Origin: Haplodiscus bocki
Taxonomy: Eukaryota
Direction of reading: 5' to 3'
Length of the DNA stretch: 64,000 bases
Assembly: GCA_965655095.1 (NCBI GenBank)
Contig: OZ296649.1
Span: 58,962,001 to 59,026,000, forward strand
Shown here piece after piece: positions 51,878 to 64,000 of this stretch. The notes beneath the pieces were generated by a model that was not told where the DNA came from, searched no databases, and was given only the letters and a program-made list of their open reading frames with translations. Numbering within the stretch: position 1 is the stretch's first letter; each line of letters starts with the position of its first letter. A program made the position numbers and the translations under genes.

Positions 51878-54479
51878 CTGAAATTTTTCTCATAACTTAG
51901 CAAACAAAGGCAATTAAAGCCTCTCCGAATTCAAATCCTCCAATGGTTGTCCAAATAAACGCAAATGCACCAGATGAGGCTGTTGAGCAAATTCGGTTTG
52001 ATCAAGACACAGAGCGTCGCGCAGAAGTTAGAAATTCTGCCCAAGAGGATCGTTCAGTACAAGTTCGGCCGCTAATTACTTAAAACTTGCCTGGCTGGCT
52101 ACGTACAAAATTGATTCAGCAAACAGAATGGACTTCAGTTGAAGACTTCCGTTTTTTGCACGAAAACTGTTATCCATATATATAGTCTGTGACAGAAAGA
52201 TTCAGTCATGGACGCGCTCAGTGAAATCGGTCCTTCAGTAACAGATGCACTTGCTACGACCTTCTTAAAATTGAGCAGTAGTCAAGAAGCTATGGAATTT
52301 GGGTTAGATGAAGTGCGCACAAAAATCGAAGAACGCATTACTGCTCTAAATCAGTTGAACTGTTTTGAAAAGGAATCAGTCGTAGCAATCTCAGTGGGGC
52401 TCTTCATCACAAAATCGCGGACAAAATTCGAACTCTTCGCAAGGAGGTCGTGGTAATTTAAGAGGCCGCTACCGCAGTAATAACCAGGGATACAGAGGTC
52501 CGCGACCGAACTTTCAAATGCCTCAGTGACAAAAACACTACCAGAGCGGTTATACGGCTCGACAAGTCACAACACAAAAATTTCCCATCGCACAATTCAG
52601 ATTCTCATCTCAGCCACAAACCTCAATTTTTCCGCCGCAAAATCAAAGTTTTGAGCTACAAAATGAGAATTTTCAAGCTCACAGTTCGAAATTTCAACGG
52701 AGACCTACGTTTGAAGTTTTCACGCCTTGTCCTAACTATATGCCGTAAGTGCAGCAGTCAGCAACGACGTGTCATAAATGCAATTTTCCTAATCATTCAG
52801 CAACTCCTATTTTCCTTATTCCAGTGCCAAAGGAAATCCTCCCACAAACGGAATACAAAATCCATTCAATCAGAATTGAAACTGAATCAGCAGTACAAAG
52901 TTCACAAGCCAGTCTCAGCAACGAAAGTCCAGTCGGAAAAGCCAGATACTTGTAAAGAAATTTCCTATATTGACCGCCAGTAATGTGTGTTGTAGTGTCT
53001 GTGGAGGGAGTTAACCCCCCCTATGTTGACCTATTTTTTTTCTCAAATTAAACGGCGAGACGGAATAGATACAAGCTCCTGAGCAAATGCTTCATCTGAA
53101 TCATTTTTTAACGATCCGAAGTTCAATGAACCCAAATTAAAAACTCTAGAAATACCTTCATTTTTTTCTTTTCGAATGTCTTCTGGTCAGCGAGTTGCGA
53201 TTGACAAACCAACGAATCTTTCGTTTCAAATTGGGCCTCATTGTTTTCAAGGCAGTTTTTCAATTATGCTCACCGTGAACAATGTTTTGCCTGGAAATAT
53301 TTTTTTCAAAAAGTACAAGATCGCTTTTGATCCGAAACGAAATGTACACTTGCCAGATTTAACAGTTCAGTTGAATCAAATTCTACCTCAACAGGGCATA
53401 AAATCGTATTACCGAGAAACTATCTGAAATTCCTCCCGTTTTAACGCGAAAAGTACACTTTCCGCTTCAGTCTCAAGCACTTTTGGAGTGCCATTCGGCG
53501 TAGCATTCTGATCAGTACATATGTTGCAGGGGACTCGTTCTTCCTGGTGATCCACTAGAAGGCAAATATAGCATTGTTCTTTTATCTCATCTCCCGGTGC
53601 AATTGATGAATATAGTATAGTTTTGGTGTCAGCCATAACTTCGATGATCAAATTACTTTAAATAATCAAACTGAAAAAACACATTTGGAAATTTTGAATA
53701 AAGCATAAGCTGATAACCTAATTGGAGTTGACCCTGAGTTCATTTCCTTTGCCAGAATGCATAACCAGGGTAATTTGGAGGCGAAGTGAACCACTTGATT
53801 CAATATTCTCATTTTCAAAAGATTGAGACACCAACAGGTCGCCCACCTCCGGATTAGACGAAACTCCGGCTTCCAGAGGAACTACCAGCCCTACGAGATC
53901 TGAAAAAAGATTGGGGCATCGCTTTTGTTTTTTTCCAACCGACTTCTCATGTTGAAAAGAAATCAAACAGTTCCATTGCTGACTCTGTCATTGGTAATGC
54001 CGCTGATGGGGTAACTACAGTTGATGACACTTTTGAACTTCTTCGACGCAATCTTTGACAAAAACAACTTGTTCATCCTATTGAAGTTAATCTTGAGACT
54101 GATCATTCATCAACCAGTGCTTGATTGACTTCAAGTCTCTTGTTTAATCATAATCAAAACTGATGTCAATATCAACTTTTATCATGGATCTTATAAATGT
54201 AAGAGATTTCTGGCTCAACACAATAAAAACATTTTGAGACTGGCGCAATCAACTACTTCTAGTAAGATCATATGGCGATTTTGGAGCAATTCATTACTTA
54301 TGCTGCCTCTTCTACGAATAACTTTACTTTTCAATTTTCTTCGGAGTTCTGTGGGTTCTATTTTGAAATTGAATTTCCTCAACTTGGGCGTTTCGGTCAT
54401 TTGTACAACATGTTGCAACTGCATTCCCCCAACCGTATGATGATCCTTCTCAATAGGTCAACTGTTTGAAGGGAGGAAG

Positions 54480-54777
54480 TGTCACGTACTGAAACAATAG
54501 CTTTTGTTGAGGAGAAACGATCTAGATATGTGAACGAGAAATGCCTTTAAATTAAAACACTTTATTCATGCTAATTTAACTTCAAACTTTGTGTTTTATT
54601 TGTTCATATTGTTTAGTTGAACATTGAAAACTGAGCAAGAAAGCAACCAGCTCAGAACAGTAACAGCTCGATTAAAATAAAGTTTTCTCTTTTTATGACA
54701 GAAGTAGGATTATATCTACGCTTTCGAAGTTCTAGTCCGCTCCCCAACCATCGTCAGCAGTTGGAATGAATGTAACA
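54480..54777 (+). mobile_element. 3' LTR (family distinct from A) preceded by polypurine tract
   Basis: GAAGGGAGGAAG (54468-54479) is followed by TGTCAC...GTAACA inverted termini, with AATAAA at ~54676. Confidence 0.7.
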
Positions 54778-55450
54778 ACAATACGGCCGGCTACCACCGG
54801 CATATTTTGCGCCTTCCCATTTGGGTAAAAGTGCAGTTTTAAAAGATGAAAACGTTTTTTTCGTCGCAAAAAATACGCTTCCTTCGTCATATCTTTTTTT
54901 TTGTCAGAAAGTCCTGATATTGAGGGCGGAAAAGACCTTTGTAAAGAAAAAATACCATTTGATACGCATTCTACAGCAATTTTGCCATCTTTATCAATTT
55001 TGAAAAAAAATCATTTTTTTTTTCGCAGAAAACCAATCTATTTTTCCAAAAAAGACCCTAAATTTTGAAAGTTATGAGAATTCTTGCTATTCCAGTCGCA
55101 TTCTACGCCAAATTTGCTACCTTTAGCGATTTTAAAAATTTCATTTTTTTTTCGAAAAACCCATTACTTAAAAAAAACCCAAATTTTGAACGTTTTGAGA
55201 ACTTTCATTATTTCAATCGCATTCTACAGCAACTTTGCTACAATTTGATGAAAAATATTGATATTCAGACACGTGAAGAAGCGATGTTGGCTCGTTTACG
55301 CGAGCTCAATTGGCAAGCATCGTGTAAAAAAAACGCACCTATTTGAGAGGAAGAGTTTGCTTCCCATATTTTTAACCACATAAACAATGTCTTCATCCGG
55401 GCGATAACCGGAGCAGTTCGTAAGGAAACATTGATTTGAAAGTTTTTTTC
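54777..55450 (-). mobile_element. HINE-like repeat, copy 5, with expanded internal tandem array
   Basis: Perfect hairpin GCCGG-ctacca-CCGGC near the aacaa end, and three gcattctac-anchored ~120-130 bp units (~54967, ~55098, ~55219). Confidence 0.75.
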
Positions 55451-57299
55451 GAGCGCAACGTTTTTGTGTTTCTGCATTTATGTGTGACTCGTTGTTGGTT
55501 GTTTCGACCCCGCAAATGTTGGGAGGCTCAGGTACAGTTTCGCTCGTATTTTTTGAAATAAAGATTGATGACCCTGACCTAGTTACTTGGTGAAGTACTG
55601 AGCTTTTTCTTTGAGAATTTGTCCATTTAAGGGTACATTACGCAGTCGTTTTTATGTGAACCACATAAAAAGGACTTTGTCCACATCCTCCTTAATTATT
55701 AACCGCTGCTTCTTTCTGACAAAGGGTCCAGTTTGATGAAATTTCTGATCCCTCTGTAAAAATTCCAAAATGGTTACCCGTGGAATGGCCTCATGATCAG
55801 TAAATCCTGACTGTGATTCATTCAAATCCTCGGCATCGATATGTTCATCAATTTCTGTTTCTCTTCCGCTGTGAGTGATTCGCGTTCACGTGTAGCACGT
55901 TTGTTCATATGCATAAGTCGCATCTGGAAATGACATTTTGTTGAATACGGTGTGTGCTCTGATATTTTTGCCTATTGCTATTAAACGTTATAAAACGATT
56001 AGTTTATAGCTCTAGTTATGAGTGGACAACGTTCATTAGCGGACTATTTTTTCCCTTTGAGAAAACCGGATCGATGTACGATTTCGTTATAAATGGACTT
56101 TCGTTGTAAACGGCTTCTATATGAGCTGACTTTGTTATGTTTACTTACAGAGCACCTTGAAATATATATATAATTGCCATAATGGATTTTGCATTAATTT
56201 ATTTAACATCTGCGGGCATCACAACATTTTGTTATTTGCCATTCCAAAAATCTTTTGGCGCGTTCTGCCTGATGCGGGTCTGAACTGCGTTACTATGGAC
56301 CCGAAATTGCCAACCCCCCATTGAATCAAACTGTGTAATTGAATTCTCATGGTAAGTGCGCGAAATGATATTTTGCGCTTGCTTTTCAGATAAATTTTGG
56401 TATTTTAAAGAATGCCGTAAACAGTATTTTACATATTTTTTTCTTTTGAGGAGGAACTCTGTCATTATACTTCGTAAAGTGAAATTTCAGACTGTGTTTC
56501 GGAATTCGAAGTCTTTTTCCGTGTTCAAAATTTGTGACGTCATCAGAGAGTCTAGATGTTTTCCTTTTTTCATTTTCGCATCTTGTTTAGAGGGAAAAAA
56601 CGCTTATTTCTCAAGTGCAAGGGATACGTTTTCTGCTTTCAAAATTTTCTAGAAGTTTATTCAGCATTGAAGTTTTTGAATTTATTGACTTATTGTCGAG
56701 ATTTCAATTTGGTACAGAAGATTTAGGATTAGTATTATTTCCAGAGTTGAGCTAATTTTTCGACCGTTGAAAATAGATTTCGCCCGATTTTTCTCTTTCA
56801 TCGCTATCAGGTCAAATTTTGCCGGCAGAGTTTTTGAAAAATTGGTGACAACGAAGGTGATCAATTTTTTTTTGTGAGAGAAAAATGACGAAGTTTGTAA
56901 ATTTAATTTACGAAAATATCTTGTTTTTTCTGTTTTTTTTCCGCAACTTTCGCTGTTGGAGTAGGATTAAGCTTTTCAATTACGCATGGGGCGAGCGTGC
57001 GATAAAAACCAATACGACAGGGCTTATTTTGCTATTATTCATGTACGGTTAAATAATTTGCCGTAAAAAAGTAGTGTTTATGTAATCGATTTTTTTTAGA
57101 TTTTTACGTAATTTCTGGCCTTTGTGCCTTCCAAATGAAAAACGCTTTCACCTAAATCGATCAGAAGTGTTAATTTTCGGAATTTCACCACAAAGTGGTA
57201 CTCTTGGTGCTCCAAAGTCATTCAAAACTGGTAAAGTTTGCTTTTTTGGACGTTTTGTTTGTTAGCAACCAAAATCAGTCTTTTGATTTCACTGGTAGG

Positions 57300-60200
57300 A
57301 TAACACCGCACGTGATAATGCTCTGAGAGAGTTCCGTATTTGTGAAAAAATAATTTTCTGACGAAAGCCAGCCAGTTTTCTTTTCAGCAAAGAGTGTGCA
57401 TCCTCGCGCCCTAGGGCCATCTTTTTAAGGTTTGGGAATTTTTTCAACTTTACGATGGACTTGGTGTTATTCGGTTTTTTTCTGACGATTTTTCGTACAT
57501 TTTGCGACCTCGTCCAAAATAGGATTTTGGTGCGTATTTGAGAAGTCTCATTTTTTCGAAACGTAGCATATCTTCGTTGGAGTACTCGGGGGATCATACG
57601 GACGATCGTAGTAAGAATGGGAGCGCGCAAATCAAAAGGACTTCATTTTACACCTCAGGTTAATTTTTTTCTACATAGTTTACATCTAGGACTCTTCTGA
57701 ATATTTTTGCCAAAGTGTGGGAAAAGGAAACAAGGGTCAAGCAGGAACCCTCTGCACCAGCATCGAGTCTTCACTGCCGAAACTCAATTGTTTCGATATC
57801 CTCCGAAGATATTCCTTTTAAGGAACACTAGTAGCGAAATTAACCGGGTAGGTTGATATCGTTCGATATTTTCAATTCTAACCCGAGATACTATCGAGCT
57901 AACGGTGCAGCTTCCCCCAGTATGTAGGAACTGAGTTAAAAAAAGTCTAGAAAATTGAACATTTTTCTCCAACTTGCGTTCACTGGTAGGTGAGGGAATG
58001 CTAAATAGTAGGAATGGCTGGGGAAGTTTCACGCTGAAAAAGTTTTCGATACGAATGCGGGTACAATCCCGGCAAATATGTGGCCATCTCAGGTGGCGAA
58101 AATGCATTGTAATTTGTAATCTAATGTCACCTTTTGTAACGCGGTTGCTGAGGAAGTACCTTCTACGGAAGTTTTGGTCGGTAGTTGAATTGGGTGAAAC
58201 TTTTCAATTCTTTTAAGCGTTGCTTTCCGAGAAATGTATGACCATTCCTGGGAAGTTACAATGAAAGGAATGACGTTTTCGGAATATTAGACCTTTTCTT
58301 TGGATATCGAGCTCGGACATTGGAGACTAGGGAAAGTATTGGGAACATCACGGGAAGTTGAAGTGGTTAATATTTGGCGATTCTATTCACCGTTATTATC
58401 CCGCCCTTAGGGCACGCCTTTTTCCAAACTTTATGAGCGGAGGATGTGAAAAAAACTGATGAATTTGTGAGGTTGTTCCAATGTGGGTACGTAGAACGGC
58501 AGGCGAATTATACTTAGGATTAATTACCATGGTTAATGAGCAATAAATGGACTCTGAATTTGGCAAAGACATTGCAGGTTAGTCTTTTGATGAGTTGCTC
58601 CATTTGTTTTCATTGCGGTCTCTGTAAACTGAATTCAAACTTTCGAACTTTCAAGATATGTCGTAACATTGGAATATCTTAGGGCTTCCTTGTCGAAGTC
58701 AGCCTCTTCGAGTTAATGTGAACTTGGAGGTCCTTTTTTCGACTTGGAACTTTTGTGCGTCAATATAAGCTTCCAAGTCGTCTTCGTTCGATTGGTGTGA
58801 CCGTATAAAGTTTGCCGTCTTTTGAAAGATAATGTTTTTGCTTCATTGATTTGTCAGGAAATGGCCTTTAAAACGGAATCAAAATTTTTCACGGTTAGAA
58901 CGGACCGCATCACTCAACCAAATTGTGGTTCAAATCAGCCATTTTGTCGTTGAAAAGTGGGTTAGTTGTTTGAATATTCGCCTTAAAGTTCGACCTATAT
59001 TTCAAAAGCTAGCGTGCTCTTCTTATTTATTGATTTTCCTTGAAAAAGAGTTTGGGGGTGAATGATAGTCACGCCCCATGCGCGGAAAGCCTCTAAATAA
59101 TTACCCTAAAACTTTTTTGAAGTCCTATCCGCTTTGGGTGGCTATGTTTTTGGGTAGTTTTTGAATACGAATTAAAAAACTGATATGTAAATGTCACAGA
59201 TTTTGAGTTTTCAAATTGCGCTAGCGTTTCTGAAGAACGGAATTTTGCAATGATTTTTTGACACAGTCTAGCAAGTTTCAGGTTTCGAATGAGCTTTAAT
59301 TTTGTTTCGACAACTTCGGATTCTTTCGCTTCTTTTCAGTTTTGATAGGTCGTGCTATTCTGATTTGCTTTACGTTGCTTTGCGAAGCACTTCTTCACCT
59401 CCGTGTTGAAAAATTGAGAGAGTAATCGAAAGCCCTTCTGTGGGGACTTATGAGGGTGGATCGTAAAGGCAGCAGAAAAAGCTTTTCGTTGATTGTGTCC
59501 AGAATTTTCGGTCGAATTCGCAAGTCATGTTCAGCACTAAGGTCCAGATTTTTCAATCGATCCAGCAAGCCAGTGTTCAGCGCAAAAAGCAGTCCTATCA
59601 AATCGAATCAGGTGTCCTGGATTATTGTTTATACCCTTTGCTATGCAGTTAGATCGATTTTTGAAATGTTTTGAATGGGAATCTCGTTTGAATGATGGTT
59701 GTCCACGATTATTTTCCCTGTGTTGTAACAGGATCAATGTTCTGCTTTCCTCAACTACGTGTGCTTTGCTGATGAAGACAGTTTTTCACTTGTCCTCAAA
59801 GTGTGAGGTTCTGCCAACATAAGGCGCGTATCCAGATGTTATTGAACTTGACCATAACACGACGATTTTTCGGATTCTCTGAATTACGTCTGTCTTCTTT
59901 TGTGTCTGAGTTTGCGGCACTAATGCCCAAGTCTTTGACAGAGTTTAAATTCGCTGTAGTAGTTTTCGATGTCTCTTCGGTAATTCCTTGCATGAGTACA
60001 CAGTAGCTTAAGTCATCTTCTTGTGTCTTGCGTCTACTGATTGATTTTCATGAGTAGGACTTTCTGTGATTATTTATCTAACACTTTCTGCATGACGGAT
60101 TTCATAACTTCAAGGTATCAGTTTTTTGGTGGTCGAGAAGCACGCATTCTTCAATAGTCTGTTGAATTATTTTGAATTTGCATGCTTAAGTTGTGGGAGA

Positions 60201-60350
60201 GTATATCGCGAAAGTCAAAGTAGACTCGTCTTGTTTTGTTTCTGCAATACCATTTCAACTTTTTTCATCGCTTTGTATCGTTATTTTGTAGTCCTGTTTC
60301 CACGATCCGCACTCCTACCTCTCGAGCACTATATAGTCTTCAAGTTTCAC
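57300..60350 (-). mobile_element. Old decayed CR1/L2-type LINE related to the 25861-29330 element
   Basis: ORF1 remnants KWYC, QGITEE, VKFNNIW (cf. KLSNIW) and VFISKAH.VEES (cf. AFISRQLTHEER); endonuclease CCLYDPP; RT FHPI, FLDF...VP and GA.GS.L. Confidence 0.6.
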
Positions 60351-61599
60351 TTCAGTTGAGTTGCGGGTTGTGGAATTTGTGGATAACGTTTACCTTCACA
60401 AAGTTCTTCAAGTTATTGAGCGCGTTAATAGAGATGTGTGTGGTCTGTATAGTTTGTCGCCACACCGTTCTCCAAGTGGTCGGTCGGTTCCTCATATGAT
60501 ATGAATTCTGCAATAGTGTCGCGACCTTTGGGGGAGGGCTGGAAGAAATGTGCTGACATTCCTGAAGAAATATAAAGTTAACCACAAGTTGATTTGTTTG
60601 CGAATCTACAATGAGCAGGTTTCCAATTCTCGTAGTTTTGAAATGAAGATCTTTCATCTAGTCCACAGAGCCCGGTGGCACCTGAATAAACGCTTGATTG
60701 TTGTTAGACTTGGGTAGCGGGGGTTCTGACTTTTTCAATATTTCACTTGAATAAGCACGGCTGTCACTAAAAGTCTCCCCATTTGGAGTTTTCACACAAG
60801 ACTTTATACAAAACCAAGATGAAGCAAACTATTAATTACCATCTTTTATGAATGCATCGATGAAAAAGTTTTCAGCCGTTGGAAAAAATTTGATCTCGGC
60901 TCACTTGTTTATTTAAACTGCTCCACCAGATCACTGGTACCACGGACTTCTTAACAAGTGTGGAGATCGGTGGTATGAGTCAAGTCTTGAGATAACATGA
61001 TCTGGGACGTATAATCGAGTTCACTATTCACTAATCTACATAGGAAACGTCCAGGATTTAATGTCCCTGATCTTACTTTCGTTTTTAGTCGCCGTTTTCA
61101 AAAATTCTAACTGAAAGTGTGTGTTAAAAACAGCTTATATCCAGTTTTTTTTCAATACTTTCACTTTTTGACACAATCAGAGATGCTTCAGTATTGCTTT
61201 TAATTAAGTGAACTACGGAGCAAAAACTGAGAAACGGTGGAGCTTATTTTCTCTGCACAAAGATTTTGTAAGGAAACAGTAACAGTGAAAGTTTCCTGAA
61301 TTTTTCATAGTTTTTTTGATGCTTTTAGCCTGCGCTTTATTAGCAAAAAAACGACTTTGGTAGTATTGTTTCTTAAAGACAATGACCGCACTCTGTATAC
61401 GCGTTCTTACTAACCTTACGTATTGGTATCTCATCTGCACAGAAGATGACAATCACAAAAGTACGTGCTACAAATTCTTTGAGAAGGCCAATTGCAAAAA
61501 GTTTCATAATAACCTTTTCGTAACCCAATAATACATTAGATAGAAGAACTTAAAAATTTGTGACGCCCCTATCAACGGTTTGTGATGACTGATGTGATC

Positions 61600-62800
61600 T
61601 GTAATTTTCCGACGAAACAGAGTTTTTCAAAACACCAAAGCGTCACCTCGTTTTGTATTTTGAGCCTCACGGATGTCGCCGACTTAGATGTTTTCGGTTT
61701 GCTTGGTTTGAAATCGGGCCAATAGTTGGAAAGTTTTGACGAACACAAATTTGAACGTTTTCGACCGAATATGATGTTTTTCTCGAAAGTCTCGCAGAAA
61801 CTTCAAGAAAACACTGATTTACGTTTTTGTAGCTATGTATCTTTCCCTATGTCCACATTTCAACAAACAAAATGCTCTAGATTTGGTCGATGCTCTAGAA
61901 AAAAGTGCCGATTATCATGCTGACAATTTCTTGCAAGGCACCCTTCTGACTTCGAACCGATCCACTCTTCGGTTAGATTTTTATATCGTGAGTGTAAAGA
62001 ACAGAATGCTGCCGGTGCACTCGTTTTTCCGCGAACAATATGCAGTCGTTTATCTGCTGACAATCTGCTACGCAACTCTTGACAGAAAATCGAGGGGTTA
62101 CTGAACTTTTTTTGGTATCCGGACTTTTCTTCCTAAGCAAAACTATGGCAGTAGTATCTGGTCTTTCTTCGATTTCCGCCAATTAGGTCGACCAGCGCGC
62201 AATATTGTTGGCGGATAATCGACGGTTTGATGAATTATTGTTTGAAAATATTAAGCTCAACATTTTTTTGGAAAAGCTGTAAAGACTTCTGTAGTATCTC
62301 CCAATTTTCGCACCGATATCTGCGTGCCACAGTCAAATAGCGGAAATACAGGTGGAAAACCAAGAGTTTCAAATCTTTGTAGAGTTTCAAATCTTTGTGT
62401 TGATAATGAAACTATCTCAAGTAACCCAAAAGTAGATTTTCCGTTTTCTTGCAGCAAAGGACGAATCTCAAAAAGTTTGTGCCATCTCAACCTGTCACTC
62501 TGTTTTGGTTTACGTTAACTGCCAAAAATACTGTACGAATACTGATGGAAAAGCGAGGGATTATTAAACTTATAGTTGGTATTCGGAGTCATCTTCAACT
62601 ACTGAAAATTTTTCATTTCTGTGTGAAAACACAGGAATCAAAATTTTTGTGATACCACCAAGCGTTTCCTTGATTATCTGCCAGTAGAATAGCAGCATTT
62701 CTGTCAACTGAAAGCGCATTCTCTTCGGTTGAAAAAAATAGCTTCCAAATTCGAATTTCATTCCAACTTAGACCTAAAGATTAGACTTTGGGTGTTGCAT
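61600..62800 (-). mobile_element. Possible decayed LINE RT 3' remnant
   Basis: RPNLEHFVC resembles RPxLEYxxxVW. Single motif only. Confidence 0.25.
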
Positions 62801-63813
62801 CGTAATGAAAGTGAAGCAATTCAGGTTTGAAGTGCTGCGCGAATGCTGGCGAAAAACCTGGAAATTTTATTTTTCCGTTTGCTTATAGAGTTTCTTCCAA
62901 AAACCGAAAATCATCACAACATTGAGCCCCCCTTAAGGCTAATGCTTACTTTGAACATTTTCGGCTTGTTTAAACTTTGTTACACTTGCGCAAGCAAGTG
63001 TTATACTACAGGCTTCTAATTCTTTTTTCTCCGATCCTATCACAATTCGCATTTTTGCCTACATTCTAATTTTGCCTAGATTTTGTTCATGCGCTCCCGC
63101 TTTCCCGGGAAAAATTGCTCACATTGCCTATTTTGTAGCCTGAGTTCTTGTTTTAGTTAAATATAATGGGAATTAATGTGTATAGCTGTTCGCACTTAAT
63201 ACATTTACATATAAATGTATATGCAAGAAGTAACTGAATTAATTAACTTTTTAATCGTTTAATCAGTAGTTTTCGTAGTACTCTGGCCCCTCCATAATCC
63301 GTTATATTTGTTCGGTTCATTCACTGGTATTCCGTTGGAGCAGGTGCTGCGAAGCCCAGCTTCTCCTTTGTGTCTGAAAAATTGAACAACAGACTGCTTA
63401 AAGGGCATGTTTGACTTGTCATTATTCTGATAAATATTAGACAAGGCTGGCAGTAAATTCTTCATTTCCGAGTTGTTTTCTGTGCAAATCTGTCAAACGC
63501 CTACAAAATGGCGTAACAAAGAAACATCAGTTTTTGAGTGTGAAGCTATGACAGGTACTTGTCTTAATTCAGTTTTTTCCGACAATTTTTTTAATTTGTA
63601 GCTGGTGTAATATTTCTCAAAGTGTCAATCAGATCTGTCATATTTACAAATGTATTTCGGTACCTTTGATCTCAGCTGACAAGCGGTAATTTGTTGCGAG
63701 GTTCTATTCCGCCTGTGTGCTTAAAATAAAATGCCCAACTATGACAGTGTCTCGTTTTTTCCTTTTAGCCTAGACAACCAATTTTTGCAATGATCTTTTC
63801 TGGGCCAAACTCT

Positions 63814-63880
63814 ATCCCCGTGGCCTAGTGGTTTGGGCAAACGGGTAACGAATGCAGAAGTTGCGGGTTTGGAATAAGTT
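63814..63880 (+). repeat. tRNA-derived SINE head or tRNA pseudogene
   Basis: Pol III A box TGGCCTAGTGG (63821-63831) and degenerate B box GGTTTGGAAT (63866-63875) at tRNA-like spacing. The cloverleaf does not close. Confidence 0.5.
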
Positions 63881-64000
63881 ATGTTTTTTACCAAAAAATA
63901 TGCCAACTACCTAGCGTGCTTGGAAAATTTTTGAACCTTGGGCCCAATTTTTGTCATATTATATTTTTTTCTACTAAAGCAGTTACAAAGAATCGAGAAG

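Larger units (their letters stand above)
51200..54777 (+). mobile_element. Second Gypsy element, internally deleted (gag, protease, pre-RT region, PPT, 3' LTR)
   Basis: gag LRDAA...FCNP...MDALSEIGP and knuckle CHKCNFPNH (~52765); protease IDTSS*ANA...QIGPHCF...GNIFFKKY (53065-53427); RPPPD (~53840). RT, RNase H and integrase are not seen. Confidence 0.75.

Noticed and set aside
62362-62400. 18-bp tandem duplication agagtttcaaatctttgt x2 (similar 17-bp doublet at ~35492-35525)
   Set aside because: Two adjacent units with no spacers; ordinary slippage duplications, not a CRISPR array or functional repeat.
63814-63880. Functional tRNA gene
   Set aside because: The B box is degenerate, and the acceptor and anticodon stems do not pair.

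Overview
Eukaryotic, AT-rich, almost entirely repeat-derived window, probably from an invertebrate animal. It contains one 200-N scaffold gap (19777-19976) and no intact multi-exon host gene that I can support. Contents in order: (1) ~1.8-18.4 kb, very decayed Gypsy pol remnants; (2) ~20-22.5 kb, a Maverick/Polinton-like viral fragment with an adenain-type protease, an HTH gene and a putative minor capsid gene; (3) 25.9-29.3 kb, a CR1/L2-type LINE with PHD-finger ORF1 and an RT lacking its catalytic core; (4) 31.16-31.34 kb, a eukaryotic eIF1/SUI1 fragment; (5) a near-identical 3.55-kb direct duplication (31812-35368 and 48323-51877) flanking a 13-kb Gypsy/Metaviridae block; (6) a second, internally deleted Gypsy, solo LTRs with target-site duplications (TSDs), five copies of a Helentron/HINE-like non-autonomous repeat, further decayed LINEs and a tRNA-like SINE head. 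The 13-kb block reads env-like 3' end, polypurine tract (PPT), LTR, gag, pro-RT-RNaseH-IN, Pro/Ala linker, TARG1/OARD1-type macrodomain, then orphan ORFs. The most notable item is this candidate env-associated LTR retroelement carrying an ADP-ribosylhydrolase-like macrodomain behind integrase, in what looks like a circularly permuted gene order. All assignments come from reading motifs by eye; no searches were run.
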